Shown: positions 1-8,689, numbered from the stretch's first letter. The stretch: DNA of 54,810 bases from Candidatus Bathyarchaeota archaeon (GCA_965612785.1 CBFDTC010000001.1:1-54810), one strand, 5' to 3'. The notes: generated from the letters alone by a model not told the origin. Translations and numbers: made by a program.

Positions 1-1
1 C

Positions 2-1372
2 GGGATTGTGGTTGAAAGAGATAACATAATACTCGATGGAGCAGGCCACACCATTCAAAGAAAGAGTAATGTGACAGAATCTCTGTTAGACTCTTCATCT
101 GTTCACCTACGAAAATTTACTATTTACAAAGGAATAAATCTTCAAGGAAGAAGTAACGTAACGGTTAAAAACATCATAATCATAGGGTTTGATTTTGGCA
201 TCTACCTCGATCATTCTTCCAATAACCTCATAATTAGGAACAATATAACAAACACCTGGATTGGCATCCGTCTTAGCGATTTTTCAAACTATAACATCAT
301 CAGCAAGAATAGCATAGTAAACAACTGCTATGGCATCGGACTTTGGGATTATTCAAGCCATAACCGGATCAGCGGGAACAATATAATAAACAACTCAGAC
401 GGCATCTCACTCAACTCTTACTCTTCGAACAACGTCATAAGCGGGAATAACATAGTGAATAACGACGAGTATGGCATCTTACTCAGCCATTCTTTCAATA
501 ACACCATAACTGGAAATGTGTTTGTTAACGATGGTCTAGTTGTATGGCCGCCCTCATATGAGAATGTTGTGGAGGATAACACCGTCAACGGTAAGCCTCT
601 GGTCTACCTTGAAGGCGTCTCGGGTCAGGTTATTGGCAATGCAGGTCAGGTTATCCTCGTGAAATGCAAAGACATAACCATAGAGGGTCTCAATCTTTCT
701 AACACTGATGTCGGCATCCAGCTACTGAAGACAAGCGACACCAAGATAATAAACAACGATATAGCAAACAACTCGAATGGCATCCGGCTCTGGTACTCTT
801 CAAACAACATCATCAGTAAGAACAGGGTGGTGAACAACATAATAGGCATCCGGCTCGATTATTCTTCGAGCAACATCATTAGTGAGAACAATATAACAGG
901 GAATATGATAAATGGTATCGAGCTTGCCTATTTCTCAAATAATAACACTATCAGCGGGAACAATATAGCAAATAACGGGTATGGCATTCGGCTCACTTAC
1001 TCTTTAAAGAACGTTATTTACCATAACAACTTCATCGATAATGGTCAACAAGCATGTATCGATACTGCCACCTCAATTAACGTCTGGGATGATGGTTATC
1101 CTTCTGGAGGCAACTACTGGAGCGACTATACCGGCGTAGACTCGTACAGCGGCCCCTATCAGAATGAGACAGGAAGTGATGGTATAGGAGACACGCCATA
1201 CGTTATCGATGAAAACAACATCGACAGATACCCGCTTATGAATCCATGGACTCAGGGGTCTGAAGGGTCGGCGCCCCCGTCGTGGATTGAAACACGGCTA
1301 CGCTATTTCGCCGTTTCTGTCATCGCCTTAACAATGTTGACCGTTACAATCATAAGAAGAAAGAGGCAATGA
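2..1372 (+). CDS. Right-handed parallel beta-helix (PbH1/NosD-like) repeat surface protein; 5' end cut by the window edge; C-terminal membrane anchor
   Basis: The frame is open to the window edge and the visible N-terminus has no signal peptide. There are many tandem 22-23 aa repeats of the form NN.I..N.I..N..GI.L..S..N.I. A GNYWSDY..GSDGIGDTPY..D.YPL cap typical of NosD-like beta-helix domains follows. The protein ends in a hydrophobic helix plus an RRKRQ tail. The DNA is about 40% GC, unlike the rest of the window. Confidence 0.8.
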   Translation, partial: GIVVERDNIILDGAGHTIQRKSNVTESLLDSSSVHLRKFTIYKGINLQGRSNVTVKNIIIIGFDFGIYLDHSSNNLIIRNNITNTWIGIRLSDFSNYNIISKNSIVNNCYGIGLWDYSSHNRISGNNIINNSDGISLNSYSSNNVISGNNIVNNDEYGILLSHSFNNTITGNVFVNDGLVVWPPSYENVVEDNTVNGKPLVYLEGVSGQVIGNAGQVILVKCKDITIEGLNLSNTDVGIQLLKTSDTKIINNDIANNSNGIRLWYSSNNIISKNRVVNNIIGIRLDYSSSNIISENNITGNMINGIELAYFSNNNTISGNNIANNGYGIRLTYSLKNVIYHNNFIDNGQQACIDTATSINVWDDGYPSGGNYWSDYTGVDSYSGPYQNETGSDGIGDTPYVIDENNIDRYPLMNPWTQGSEGSAPPSWIETRLRYFAVSVIALTMLTVTIIRRKRQ

Positions 1373-1382
1373 GTTTGGAAAG

Positions 1383-1622
1383 CTAGCTTGTATGTGAGCG
1401 TATCGACTCCTCGTTGGTTAACAGGACCTTCAAGTAGGCGTTTCTGAGTGAAACATTAACTCCTGTTGTGTCAAAGTGACTCCTTTCCAGAGCTTTCAGG
1501 GTTTTTGATTGAAGAAAAATAATGATTTTTGCCTTATCTGCCTCATCGGCGTTTTGAAGTCTTTTGATAGATTCATTCGCATGTAGGTGAATTTTCCCCG
1601 AAAAAACATTTTCCTTGACTTC
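1383..1622 (-). pseudogene. Possible 5'-truncated gene remnant (startless open frame) at the low-GC/high-GC boundary
   Basis: This is a 79-codon stop-free frame in AT-rich DNA. It begins right after TAA (1623-1625) and ends at TAG (1383-1385). There is no ATG/GTG/TTG near its 5' end. The translation looks protein-like (..KIHLHANESIKRLQNADEADKAKIIIFLQSKTLKALERSHFDTTGVNVSLRNAYLKVLLTNEESIRSHTS). I did not recognise a family. Confidence 0.3.
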
Positions 1623-1634
1623 TTAAGGTAGGTT

Positions 1635-1907
1635 TCAGGTCTCTGATGGCTTTCTGGGCTTGACGAGGAACGAGCCGTCTGGCATAGACACGACCCTGTG
1701 CGTCCCCCTGAGACCAGCCCTGTGGACGGCCTTCCTCAGTAGGTCTCTGAACATCCTCCTGCCCATCTCTCCCTCCCCGTAAGCCACGGCCTGACCTCCT
1801 GCGTACTCCACGCCCTTGACCAAGCTCCTCAAGGCCTCCACGACCGCGTCCACTTCCTCGTCCTTCATCTTCGAAAACTTGACCGAGTACTCGAACCCTC
1901 TGGACAT
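1635..1907 (-). CDS. Small hypothetical protein (90 aa)
   Basis: ATG-initiated ORF with host-like high-GC codon usage. A TATA-like box lies about 30 nt upstream. No recognisable domain. Confidence 0.5.
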   Translation of the reverse strand: MSRGFEYSVKFSKMKDEEVDAVVEALRSLVKGVEYAGGQAVAYGEGEMGRRMFRDLLRKAVHRAGLRGTHRVVSMPDGSFLVKPRKPSET

Positions 1908-1932
1908 GTCAGTATCCTTTTGTCGGTAAAGA

Positions 1933-1940
1933 TTTTATAT
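1933..1940. promoter_or_regulatory. Shared A/T box (TTTTATAT) between divergent genes
   Basis: Its centre is about 30 nt from the ATG at 1907 (minus strand) and about 30 nt from the TTG at 1967 (plus strand). This fits archaeal TATA spacing for leaderless transcripts in both directions. Confidence 0.4.
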
Positions 1941-1966
1941 GTATCCACGTTTTTTAATGAAGTAAA

Positions 1967-3079
1967 TTGTGGAAATCGGCCAGAAAGCCGCTGCTGGTGG
2001 CGGTATGCGCGGCTTTGATCATCGCGACGCTGATCGTGGTTAGGGCTTCGCGTCAGGGCCCCTCCGCCCTCACCCTCGTAGTGGTCTACGGCTCGGAGAA
2101 GAGGGGTTGGATGGAGGAGGTTGCGCCGCTTTTCAACTCTGAGTGGAGTTCCAGCCATCCTGACACGCCGCTACAGCTTAAGCTTATACCGATGGGCTCT
2201 AGGGAGGCTGTGAACCAGATGCTGCTTGGGGAGATAAAGCCCGTGGTGTGGAGCCCCGCGTCCTCCATCTGGATCCCGTATGCGAACTACCTGTGGGAGG
2301 AGGAGTACGGCTACCCCCTGGTTACGGAGTGGGAGCCCCTCCTGTACTCGCCGATAGTCATAGGGACATGGGAAACCTACAGGGACGAATATAACATAAC
2401 CGGCTTCGAGAGTCTGCACAGGCTTGCGGAGAACCCGGATGCGGACCTTAAGTTCGCCCACACCGACCCAAGGCTCTCCAACTCGGGCATGATGGCTCTC
2501 ATACTGGAGGTGTCCGCGGCGGCTGGGAAGCCGCCGAGCGAGCTGACGGTGGACGACCTGCTGAGGGAGGACGTGTTCGAGTGGCTGAGCGAGTTGGAGG
2601 CGAGGGCCGTATTCTACGGAGAGAGCACGGGCTTCCTTGCGGACCAGGCCGCCAGCAGCGGACCGCAGTCCATCAACGCCTTCGTGGTCTACGAGAACCT
2701 GATAATCGAGAAGAACCGTCAGGGCGAGCCCCAGGCGAGGTGGGGTGAGAAGATAGTGGCCGTCTACCCTGCGGAGGGGACGCTGATGAGCGACCACCCC
2801 TACTGCATACTCAACGCCCCGTGGGTCACCCCGGAGCTCCGGGAGGCCGCCGAGGAGTTCCTGCGGTTCCTCAAGCGTCCCGACATACAGGAGCTGGCAA
2901 TAAAACACGGGTTCAGGCCCTCCGTGTCTGGGGTGGAGCTGGACCCATCCGTCTTCAGCCCTGAGAACGGCGTCCAGATGGACATCCCCTGTCCCGTACT
3001 CTCGTCGAGTGTGGACGGAGAGGTTATGGCCAGGATAACGGACCTGTGGACTGCGTGTAGGTTCGGTGGTGGAGGTTGA
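1967..3079 (+). CDS. ABC transporter periplasmic-type substrate-binding protein, N-terminal membrane anchor/signal; substrate unknown (oxyanion-type suspected)
   Basis: TTG start. The N-terminus has a hydrophobic segment (LLVAVCAALIIATLIVV). The length is typical of a type-2 PBP. A DPRLSNSGMMAL motif resembles the anion-binding S-x-S-G loops of PstS/ModA-like binding proteins. The stop overlaps the permease start by 4 nt. Confidence 0.7.
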   Translation: MWKSARKPLLVAVCAALIIATLIVVRASRQGPSALTLVVVYGSEKRGWMEEVAPLFNSEWSSSHPDTPLQLKLIPMGSREAVNQMLLGEIKPVVWSPASSIWIPYANYLWEEEYGYPLVTEWEPLLYSPIVIGTWETYRDEYNITGFESLHRLAENPDADLKFAHTDPRLSNSGMMALILEVSAAAGKPPSELTVDDLLREDVFEWLSELEARAVFYGESTGFLADQAASSGPQSINAFVVYENLIIEKNRQGEPQARWGEKIVAVYPAEGTLMSDHPYCILNAPWVTPELREAAEEFLRFLKRPDIQELAIKHGFRPSVSGVELDPSVFSPENGVQMDIPCPVLSSSVDGEVMARITDLWTACRFGGGG

Positions 3080-4770
3080 GTCTGGTAGTAAAGGTCGAGA
3101 AGAGGCTTTCCCAGGGCCCGATGCCCGCGGTTGGGAAGGCCTTGACGTTAGCCTTCTTCATAATCATCGTCTTGAGCCCCATCCTGTACGTGTTCTTCCA
3201 GGTCTTCAGCAACTGGGGTGAGGTCTACAGGTGGGTGTTCGCAGACCCGTTCTACTCGAAGATAGGCCTCGGAGCCCTCAGGTTCGGCATGATAAGGGAG
3301 GCCCTCATACGGTCTTTCGAGATAGCCGGCTTGGTGACGCTGATAGACGTCATCGTCGGCCTCCCCATGGCTCTGATAATGGCCAGGTACGAGTTCAGGG
3401 GTAAGCGGTTCGTGGACACCCTCATAGACCTCCCCCTCGCCGTCCCCACAGCGGCCCTCGGCTTCTCGCTCTACCTGTTCTGGGGGACTGCTGATGGCAT
3501 AGGCGGCCTCCTTGGGATAGGGAGGGGCCTGTTCTCCAGGGGACCGATTCTCGTCATCCTCACACACGTAGCTTTCACTTACCCCTACATCGTAAGGTCT
3601 CTCAAGGCTGTCATAGAGTCCATAGACAGGTCCTACGAGTACGTGGCCAGGACCCTCGGGGCTCCAGGGTTCACCGTGTTCCGGACGGTTACAGCCCCGC
3701 TGATGAAGGAGGGCCTCGTGGCCGGCGCCATACTCTCGTTCACGAGAAGCCTCGGCGAGACGGGCGCCACCCTCATCGTGTGTGGGGCGTTCGAGACGGC
3801 GCCCGTGCTGATAGTCTCCTGGAGGAGGATGCTCCTCATACCCCCCACGGCCTTCCTGTCGATGGTCCTGATAGCCACCGCATGCGCGTTGCTCGTCGTC
3901 CTCAAGTTCTTCGCGAGGCGGGTTGGGTTCCCGATAAAGAAGGTCTGGCCGGGCTTCGAGAGGAGGCTCAGCGGGAGGGCTCAGAGGGCCTTCAGGGACG
4001 TGGCGACGTACATGTTTTTCATAGTCGTCGTCCTCGTACCGTCTTGTTTCACGTTCCTCTACATGAGCCGGTGGTGGGCTGGAAGCCCGTACACAGGGGC
4101 CAGGGAGCTCGGAGTCTTCTACCAGGTGTTCCTGGCCGGGGACAGGAAGTACCTGACGCTCTTCTGGAGCCTCCTGACTTCGTTGGCCGTGGCCTCGGTA
4201 TCGACGTTGGTTAACCTGCTGGCAGGCATACCGATGGCGTACCACCTGGCCAGGGGTGGATGGAGGAGGCTCAAGGGCGTGATAGACTCCCTCGTAGACT
4301 TCCCGCTGATGATACCCTCATCAGCCCTTGGGTTCGCAACGTTCCTGTTCTGGGGTCCACGGGGCCTGGGCGTAGCGGGTCCAGGCTTCTGGCTGATAAC
4401 GCTCACGCACATAGCGTTCACATACCCGTACATAGTCAGGCCCCTCGTGGCCGTGTTCGAGTCCGTGGACCCAGGCCTGGAGGAGGCCGCCAGGACGATG
4501 GGGGCTCCACCCCTGACCGTCTTCAGGACCGTCACGTTGCAGGTGGTCAAGCCGGGCATACTGGCCACGGCGATCATGGCGTTTACGAGGAGCCTCTCCG
4601 AGACGGGTGCGACGCTCGTCGTGATGGGGTTCGCCAGGACCGTCCCGGTCCTGATAGTGCAGTGGGTTGAGAGCCTCGCCCTCCAGGCCGCCTCCTTCGC
4701 CTGCGTCGTGCTGATAGTCATATCCTACCTCCTGCTGTTCACGGCGAGGAGGCTTGTGGGTGGGGAGTGA
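3076..4770 (+). CDS. ABC transporter permease, internally duplicated (two BPD_transp_1 halves, about 12 TM)
   Basis: There are two EAA-loop motifs: ..YEYVARTLGAPGFTVFRTVTAPLMKEG.. and ..LEEAARTMGAPPLTVFRTVTLQVVKPG... Each is followed by FTRSL(G/S)ETGATL. The architecture is like the fused FbpB/ThiP-type permeases. Confidence 0.9.
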   Translation: MSLVVKVEKRLSQGPMPAVGKALTLAFFIIIVLSPILYVFFQVFSNWGEVYRWVFADPFYSKIGLGALRFGMIREALIRSFEIAGLVTLIDVIVGLPMALIMARYEFRGKRFVDTLIDLPLAVPTAALGFSLYLFWGTADGIGGLLGIGRGLFSRGPILVILTHVAFTYPYIVRSLKAVIESIDRSYEYVARTLGAPGFTVFRTVTAPLMKEGLVAGAILSFTRSLGETGATLIVCGAFETAPVLIVSWRRMLLIPPTAFLSMVLIATACALLVVLKFFARRVGFPIKKVWPGFERRLSGRAQRAFRDVATYMFFIVVVLVPSCFTFLYMSRWWAGSPYTGARELGVFYQVFLAGDRKYLTLFWSLLTSLAVASVSTLVNLLAGIPMAYHLARGGWRRLKGVIDSLVDFPLMIPSSALGFATFLFWGPRGLGVAGPGFWLITLTHIAFTYPYIVRPLVAVFESVDPGLEEAARTMGAPPLTVFRTVTLQVVKPGILATAIMAFTRSLSETGATLVVMGFARTVPVLIVQWVESLALQAASFACVVLIVISYLLLFTARRLVGGE

Positions 4771-5867
4771 TGCCTGAGGTCAGGCTCGTCGGGGTGTCGA
4801 AGAGGTTCGGCGACGTGGTGGCCGTGGACCATGTGGACCTGGAGATAGGGGACGGCGAGTACTTCTCGCTCCTCGGCCCGAGCGGATGCGGCAAGACGAC
4901 CACGCTCAGGATAATCGCAGGCCTCGTCCAGCCGGATGAGGGTGAAGTTTACATAGACGGCAGGCTTGTGAACGACGTCCCGCCTGAGGACAGGAACGTG
5001 GGGTTCGTGTTCCAGCACTTCGAGATATTCCCGTTCATGACCGTCTTTGACAACGTCGCCTACCCGCTCAGGATAGTCGGCACACCCGAGCCCGAGGTTG
5101 AGGAGAGGGTCTGGAAGGTCCTCGACATGGTTGAGCTGAGGTATGCGGCCGATAGGTACCCCAGAGACCTGAGCGCTCCGGAACTCCAGAAGTGTGGCAT
5201 AGCCAGGGCTCTGGTGAGGGGCTCCAAGCTCCTCCTCCTGGACGAGCCGCTCGGGGCCCTCGACCCCGAGGTGAGGAAGAAGTTCAGGGAGATGCTCAGG
5301 GGGTTGGTGAAGGAGCACGGCCTGACGGCGGTTCACGTCACCCACGACCAGGAGGAGGCGATGGCAATATCGGACAGGATAGCCATAATGCGCAGGGGTA
5401 GGATAATCCAGGTCGGCTCACCCATGGAGCTCTACCTGAGGCCCAAGACGATATTCGTGGCCAACTTCATGGGCGAGACAAACTTCCTCGAGGCCATAGT
5501 CGTATCATCCTCTGAGGAGGGTTCGGAGCTGCGTCTCAGGGGTGGGATACCCGTCAAGGTCAAGGTCAGCTACCCGGAGATAGGGGCGAGGGTCATCGTA
5601 GCCGTGCGGGAGGAGGCCCTCAAAACCTCCAAGGAGCCTTTCGACGCCAACTCGATAGAGGGTAGAGCCGTGTCCTCCGCGTTCCTCGGAAGGTTCGTCA
5701 GGCACAGGGTGGAGCTCGTCAACGGCGAGTTCATAAAGGTCAGGGAGCCCTCCACGTCCTCGAGGCCCTACAGGAGGGGTGAGAGGGTTTACGTGTACTT
5801 CCCACCGTCCAGGATGCTCGTGTACCCGTACCCGCCTGACCTGATGGACGAGCTTTCACTGACTTGA
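4767..5867 (+). CDS. ABC transporter ATPase 1 (MalK/PotA-like with C-terminal TOBE-like domain); degenerate signature motif
   Basis: Walker A GPSGCGKTT, Q-loop FVFQHF, Walker B LLLLDEPLGALD and H-loop VTHDQEEA are all present. The signature is LSAPELQKCGIARAL instead of LSGGQ.QRVA.ARAL. A GTG at 4767 is followed by an ATG at 4770, which overlaps the permease TGA. Confidence 0.9.
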   Translation: MMPEVRLVGVSKRFGDVVAVDHVDLEIGDGEYFSLLGPSGCGKTTTLRIIAGLVQPDEGEVYIDGRLVNDVPPEDRNVGFVFQHFEIFPFMTVFDNVAYPLRIVGTPEPEVEERVWKVLDMVELRYAADRYPRDLSAPELQKCGIARALVRGSKLLLLDEPLGALDPEVRKKFREMLRGLVKEHGLTAVHVTHDQEEAMAISDRIAIMRRGRIIQVGSPMELYLRPKTIFVANFMGETNFLEAIVVSSSEEGSELRLRGGIPVKVKVSYPEIGARVIVAVREEALKTSKEPFDANSIEGRAVSSAFLGRFVRHRVELVNGEFIKVREPSTSSRPYRRGERVYVYFPPSRMLVYPYPPDLMDELSLT

Positions 5868-5878
5868 GGTGCGTCTCC

Positions 5879-6961
5879 ATGCCTGAGGTCAAGGTTGTGA
5901 ACCTGTGGAAGAGCTTCGGAAAGAGGGTCGTCCTGAAAGGCGTGAACCTCGAGGTCGAGGACGGCGAGTACTTCGTCATAGTGGGGCCTACGGGAAGCGG
6001 TAAGACGACGTTGCTCATGATACTCGCCGGGATACTGAAGCCTGACAGGGGTGAGATATACTTCGACGGGGAGCTGGTGAACGACGTCCCACCCGAGGAC
6101 AGGAGGGTCGGCCTGGTCCTGGAGAAGTTCGCCCTGTTCCCCCACTACACGGTGATGGAAAACCTCCTCTACGGCCCCGTCGTCAGGGGCGAGGACCTGG
6201 GCAGGGCCTTGAACGTGGCTAAGGAGATGCTCAGGATGGTGCTCCTCGAAGACAGGCCAGACGCCATGCCCACAGAGCTCAGCGGAGGGATGAAGCAGAG
6301 GGTCGCCCTCGCCAGGGCCCTCACAGCTGGTGCCAGGTTGCTCCTCCTGGACGAGCCTCTTGGGGCCTTGGACGCGAGGATCAGAGCCTCTCTGAGGTAC
6401 GACCTGGTGAGCATGGTGAAGGACATGGGCCTCACGGCCATACACGTGACGAACAGCATAGAGGAGGCGATGGAAATCGCTGACAGGATGGCCGTGATGA
6501 GGGATGGAGTGATAGAGCAGGTCGGAACCCCCATGGAGGTCTACGAGAATCCGGTGAACATATTCGTGGCCGACTTCATGAGCGAGCTGAACGTGTTCAA
6601 CGCCGAAGTCGTTTCCACAGGAGACGGATGGACGGAGCTGAGGACCGAGGAGGGGTTCACGCTGAGGTGCTCGAAGGGCCCCCTCGAGAAGGGGATGAAG
6701 GTCCTGGCCGCCGTGAGGGCTGAGGACGTGGACCTGGAGCACGGCCTCGGACACGGCGTGAACGCCGTCCCGGGTAGGGTTGTCGACGTGGAGTTCATCC
6801 TCGGCTTCTACAGGTATGTCTTGGACGTGGACGGTAGGACGTTGGTGGCTGAGGAGTTTTCGGACTGGAGGGTGTTCAAGCAGGGCGATGAGGTGACCGC
6901 AAAATTTAGGCAAGACAAAATCCTTTTATTCAAACAAGGACGGGGTGTTAGGGTTGAGTAA
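5879..6961 (+). CDS. ABC transporter ATPase 2; intact signature but degenerate Q-loop and H-loop
   Basis: Walker A GPTGSGKTT, signature LSGGMKQRVALARAL and Walker B LLLLDEPLGALD are present. The Q-loop reads LVLEKF (Gln to Glu, codon 6122-6124). The H-loop reads HVTNSIEEA (His to Asn, AAC at 6452-6454). I chose the ATG at 5879 (MPEVKVV, parallel to MPEVRLV of ATPase 1) over the TTG at 5864 used in the ORF track. Confidence 0.9.
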   Translation: MPEVKVVNLWKSFGKRVVLKGVNLEVEDGEYFVIVGPTGSGKTTLLMILAGILKPDRGEIYFDGELVNDVPPEDRRVGLVLEKFALFPHYTVMENLLYGPVVRGEDLGRALNVAKEMLRMVLLEDRPDAMPTELSGGMKQRVALARALTAGARLLLLDEPLGALDARIRASLRYDLVSMVKDMGLTAIHVTNSIEEAMEIADRMAVMRDGVIEQVGTPMEVYENPVNIFVADFMSELNVFNAEVVSTGDGWTELRTEEGFTLRCSKGPLEKGMKVLAAVRAEDVDLEHGLGHGVNAVPGRVVDVEFILGFYRYVLDVDGRTLVAEEFSDWRVFKQGDEVTAKFRQDKILLFKQGRGVRVE

Positions 6962-7628
6962 GAGGCTGTTGCGGTGGTTTGCCGTAAGACAGAGCACGAA
7001 GATACTCAACCTCATCTGCAGACACCTCGACCTCGTCACGGGTACCGTGGAGGAGCTCGTCAGGATGCTTTCAGCCGCCCTCAAGGAGGACAGAGAGGAG
7101 GTCGAGAAGTGTTACGTCAGGATAAAGGACATGGAGAGGGAGGCCGACAGGCTCAGGAGGGACCTGGCGAGGGAGCTGACGAAGGGCGTGCTACCGCCCG
7201 AGGAGAGGGACGACCTCATGCACCTGATAAGGAGGGCCGACTGGGTGGCAGACTGGGCGATGGAGGCCGGTAGGCTTCTCAGGATAGTCCCTGTGGACAA
7301 GACATCCGAGAGGTTCAAGAAGATCATAAAGGAGATGTGCGAGGAGGACCTCAAGTGCGCCATGGCGCTCAAGAGATGCATAGGCCGGTTGACCGAGAAC
7401 GTCAAGGAGAGCTTGTCGTTGGCCTACGAGGTCGAGAGGATCGAGGAGAAGATAGACGACCTGTACGCCGAGCTGAGGGAGGAGTACGCCCACCTCGAGG
7501 CGGACACCATGAACGCGGGGGCTCTCGTGTTGTTGAACATGTTCATGGACGCCGTCGAGATGATCGCCGACTGGTGTGAGAACACCTCGGACTACGTGAG
7601 GGTCATTGCGGTGAGGCTTTCGGAGTGA
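6945..7628 (+). CDS. DUF47 / PhoU-like (TIGR00153-type) phosphate-transport-regulator-related protein
   Basis: All-helical protein of about 225 aa with the pattern ..V.ELV.ML......D.EEVEK....I..MEREAD.LRR.L...L.....PPEERDDL..L.. typical of DUF47. It overlaps the end of ATPase 2. Confidence 0.7.
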   Translation: MLGLSKRLLRWFAVRQSTKILNLICRHLDLVTGTVEELVRMLSAALKEDREEVEKCYVRIKDMEREADRLRRDLARELTKGVLPPEERDDLMHLIRRADWVADWAMEAGRLLRIVPVDKTSERFKKIIKEMCEEDLKCAMALKRCIGRLTENVKESLSLAYEVERIEEKIDDLYAELREEYAHLEADTMNAGALVLLNMFMDAVEMIADWCENTSDYVRVIAVRLSE

Positions 7629-7631
7629 TGC

Positions 7632-7883
7632 ATGATGGCCCTCACCCTGCTGCAGATATACGTCCTAAACCTGGCGGTCACCGTCGGTATGTTCGCCGTG
7701 CTGATATTCAGGGCCTGGATAGAGTTGAAGAACTTCAAGATAATGTGGAAGGAGATGGAGTGGAGGAGGACGAGGGAGACCGTTGGCAGGCTTCTGAAGG
7801 CCCAGAAGGACCTGTTCACCCGCGTTGAGGGTGGGGATGAACTCTACAGGATACTGTGCGAGATATTCGAGGTGCGGGAGTGA
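7632..7883 (+). CDS. Small membrane protein (83 aa), hypothetical
   Basis: ATG ATG start 4 nt after the previous stop. One N-terminal TM helix is followed by a charged tail. No recognised family. Confidence 0.45.
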   Translation: MMALTLLQIYVLNLAVTVGMFAVLIFRAWIELKNFKIMWKEMEWRRTRETVGRLLKAQKDLFTRVEGGDELYRILCEIFEVRE

Positions 7884-7889
7884 ACATGC

Positions 7890-8432
7890 ATGCCGTTCAC
7901 CCCACTACATTACCCTGTAGCGTACCTGATACACAGGGCCAGCCGTAGGAGGCTCAGCCTACCCGCCTTGACGGTTGGTTGCTTCACACCAGACCTGGAG
8001 ATACCCGTGCTGCTCTACCTGACCGGTTCGAGGGCGCACGACAGGCTCGTCCTACACAGCATCATAGGTTCCTCCACCATAGGCGTGCTCCTGTCCCTCT
8101 CGATACTCATGCTTGTCTCCCCCGTCATACTGAGGTTGTCGGGCGTGGAGGGATCTTGGAGGAGGACTTCGTGGCTGAACGTCGCCGTCTCCTGCCTCAT
8201 CGGAAACCTCTCCCACGTATTCCTGGACGTCACGTGTCACACGTACAACCCGCTCTTGTGGCCCATAACCTCCAAGAGCGTCATAAACCCGTTCGACAGC
8301 CCGGTTACGGCTTACTGGGTGATGTGGCCCACGACGAGCCTTGTGATGCTCGTCCTGTTTGCGGCCATAGTCGTATACGAGAGGCCGTCCACGCTGAGGG
8401 AGGCTGTTGAGAAGCTGTTCCTGGGTAGTTAG
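7890..8432 (+). CDS. DUF4184-like membrane-embedded metal-dependent hydrolase family protein
   Basis: The N-terminus MPFTPLHYP.. with conserved His residues and several TM segments resembles the DUF4184/YdjM-type family, as recalled from memory. Confidence 0.5.
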   Translation: MPFTPLHYPVAYLIHRASRRRLSLPALTVGCFTPDLEIPVLLYLTGSRAHDRLVLHSIIGSSTIGVLLSLSILMLVSPVILRLSGVEGSWRRTSWLNVAVSCLIGNLSHVFLDVTCHTYNPLLWPITSKSVINPFDSPVTAYWVMWPTTSLVMLVLFAAIVVYERPSTLREAVEKLFLGS

Positions 8433-8689
8433 AGCTCCTCGGCGGGTATGGCCAGCATCGTCTCAGCTCTGTACCCGCCTGCTCTGACGAGCCTGGATAT
8501 GAAGGCCTTCGCCATCCTCTCGTTGGGAGCCTCGAATATCAGGGCTGCGTCGTACCTGCCGAAGAGCGAGTAGACGCCGACTATCCTTATCCCTGTGGGA
8601 GGCGAGACGGTCGATATCCTCTTCAGGACTCCGAGCTCCTCTCCAACCCTCTCAGGCCTGAGGACGGTTAGGAGGGTTAGGAACATCAT
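8429..8689 (-). CDS. GYD-domain protein
   Basis: Small alpha/beta protein with ..VGVYSLFGRYDAALIFEAPNE..A..F. typical of the GYD family. The ATG at 8689 overlaps the cupin TGA (ATGA), so I prefer it to the GTG at 8701. Confidence 0.7.
   Translation of the reverse strand: MMFLTLLTVLRPERVGEELGVLKRISTVSPPTGIRIVGVYSLFGRYDAALIFEAPNERMAKAFISRLVRAGGYRAETMLAIPAEEL

Noticed and set aside
646-849. 67-aa minus-strand ORF inside the beta-helix gene
   Set aside because: It is antisense to a clearly repeat-structured coding region, and its hydrophobic low-complexity translation is typical of an antisense artefact.
1373-1634. Short ATG ORFs (for example a 37-aa minus-strand frame MFFRGKFTYMRMNLSKDF..) in the AT-rich spacer
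   Set aside because: They are too short, have no motif, and lie in AT-rich DNA where such frames arise by chance. Only the 79-codon startless frame seemed statistically notable.
3148-4245. 365-aa minus-strand ORF antisense to the ABC permease. There are similar long antisense ORFs at 5789-6913, 10984-11793, 24966-26024, 40750-41910, 42585-43466 and 47098-48114.
   Set aside because: Each lies entirely within a gene that has a strong family signature on the other strand. The translations are low-complexity R/P/G/E/H-rich strings without motifs. Long stop-free antisense frames are expected in ~60% GC coding DNA.
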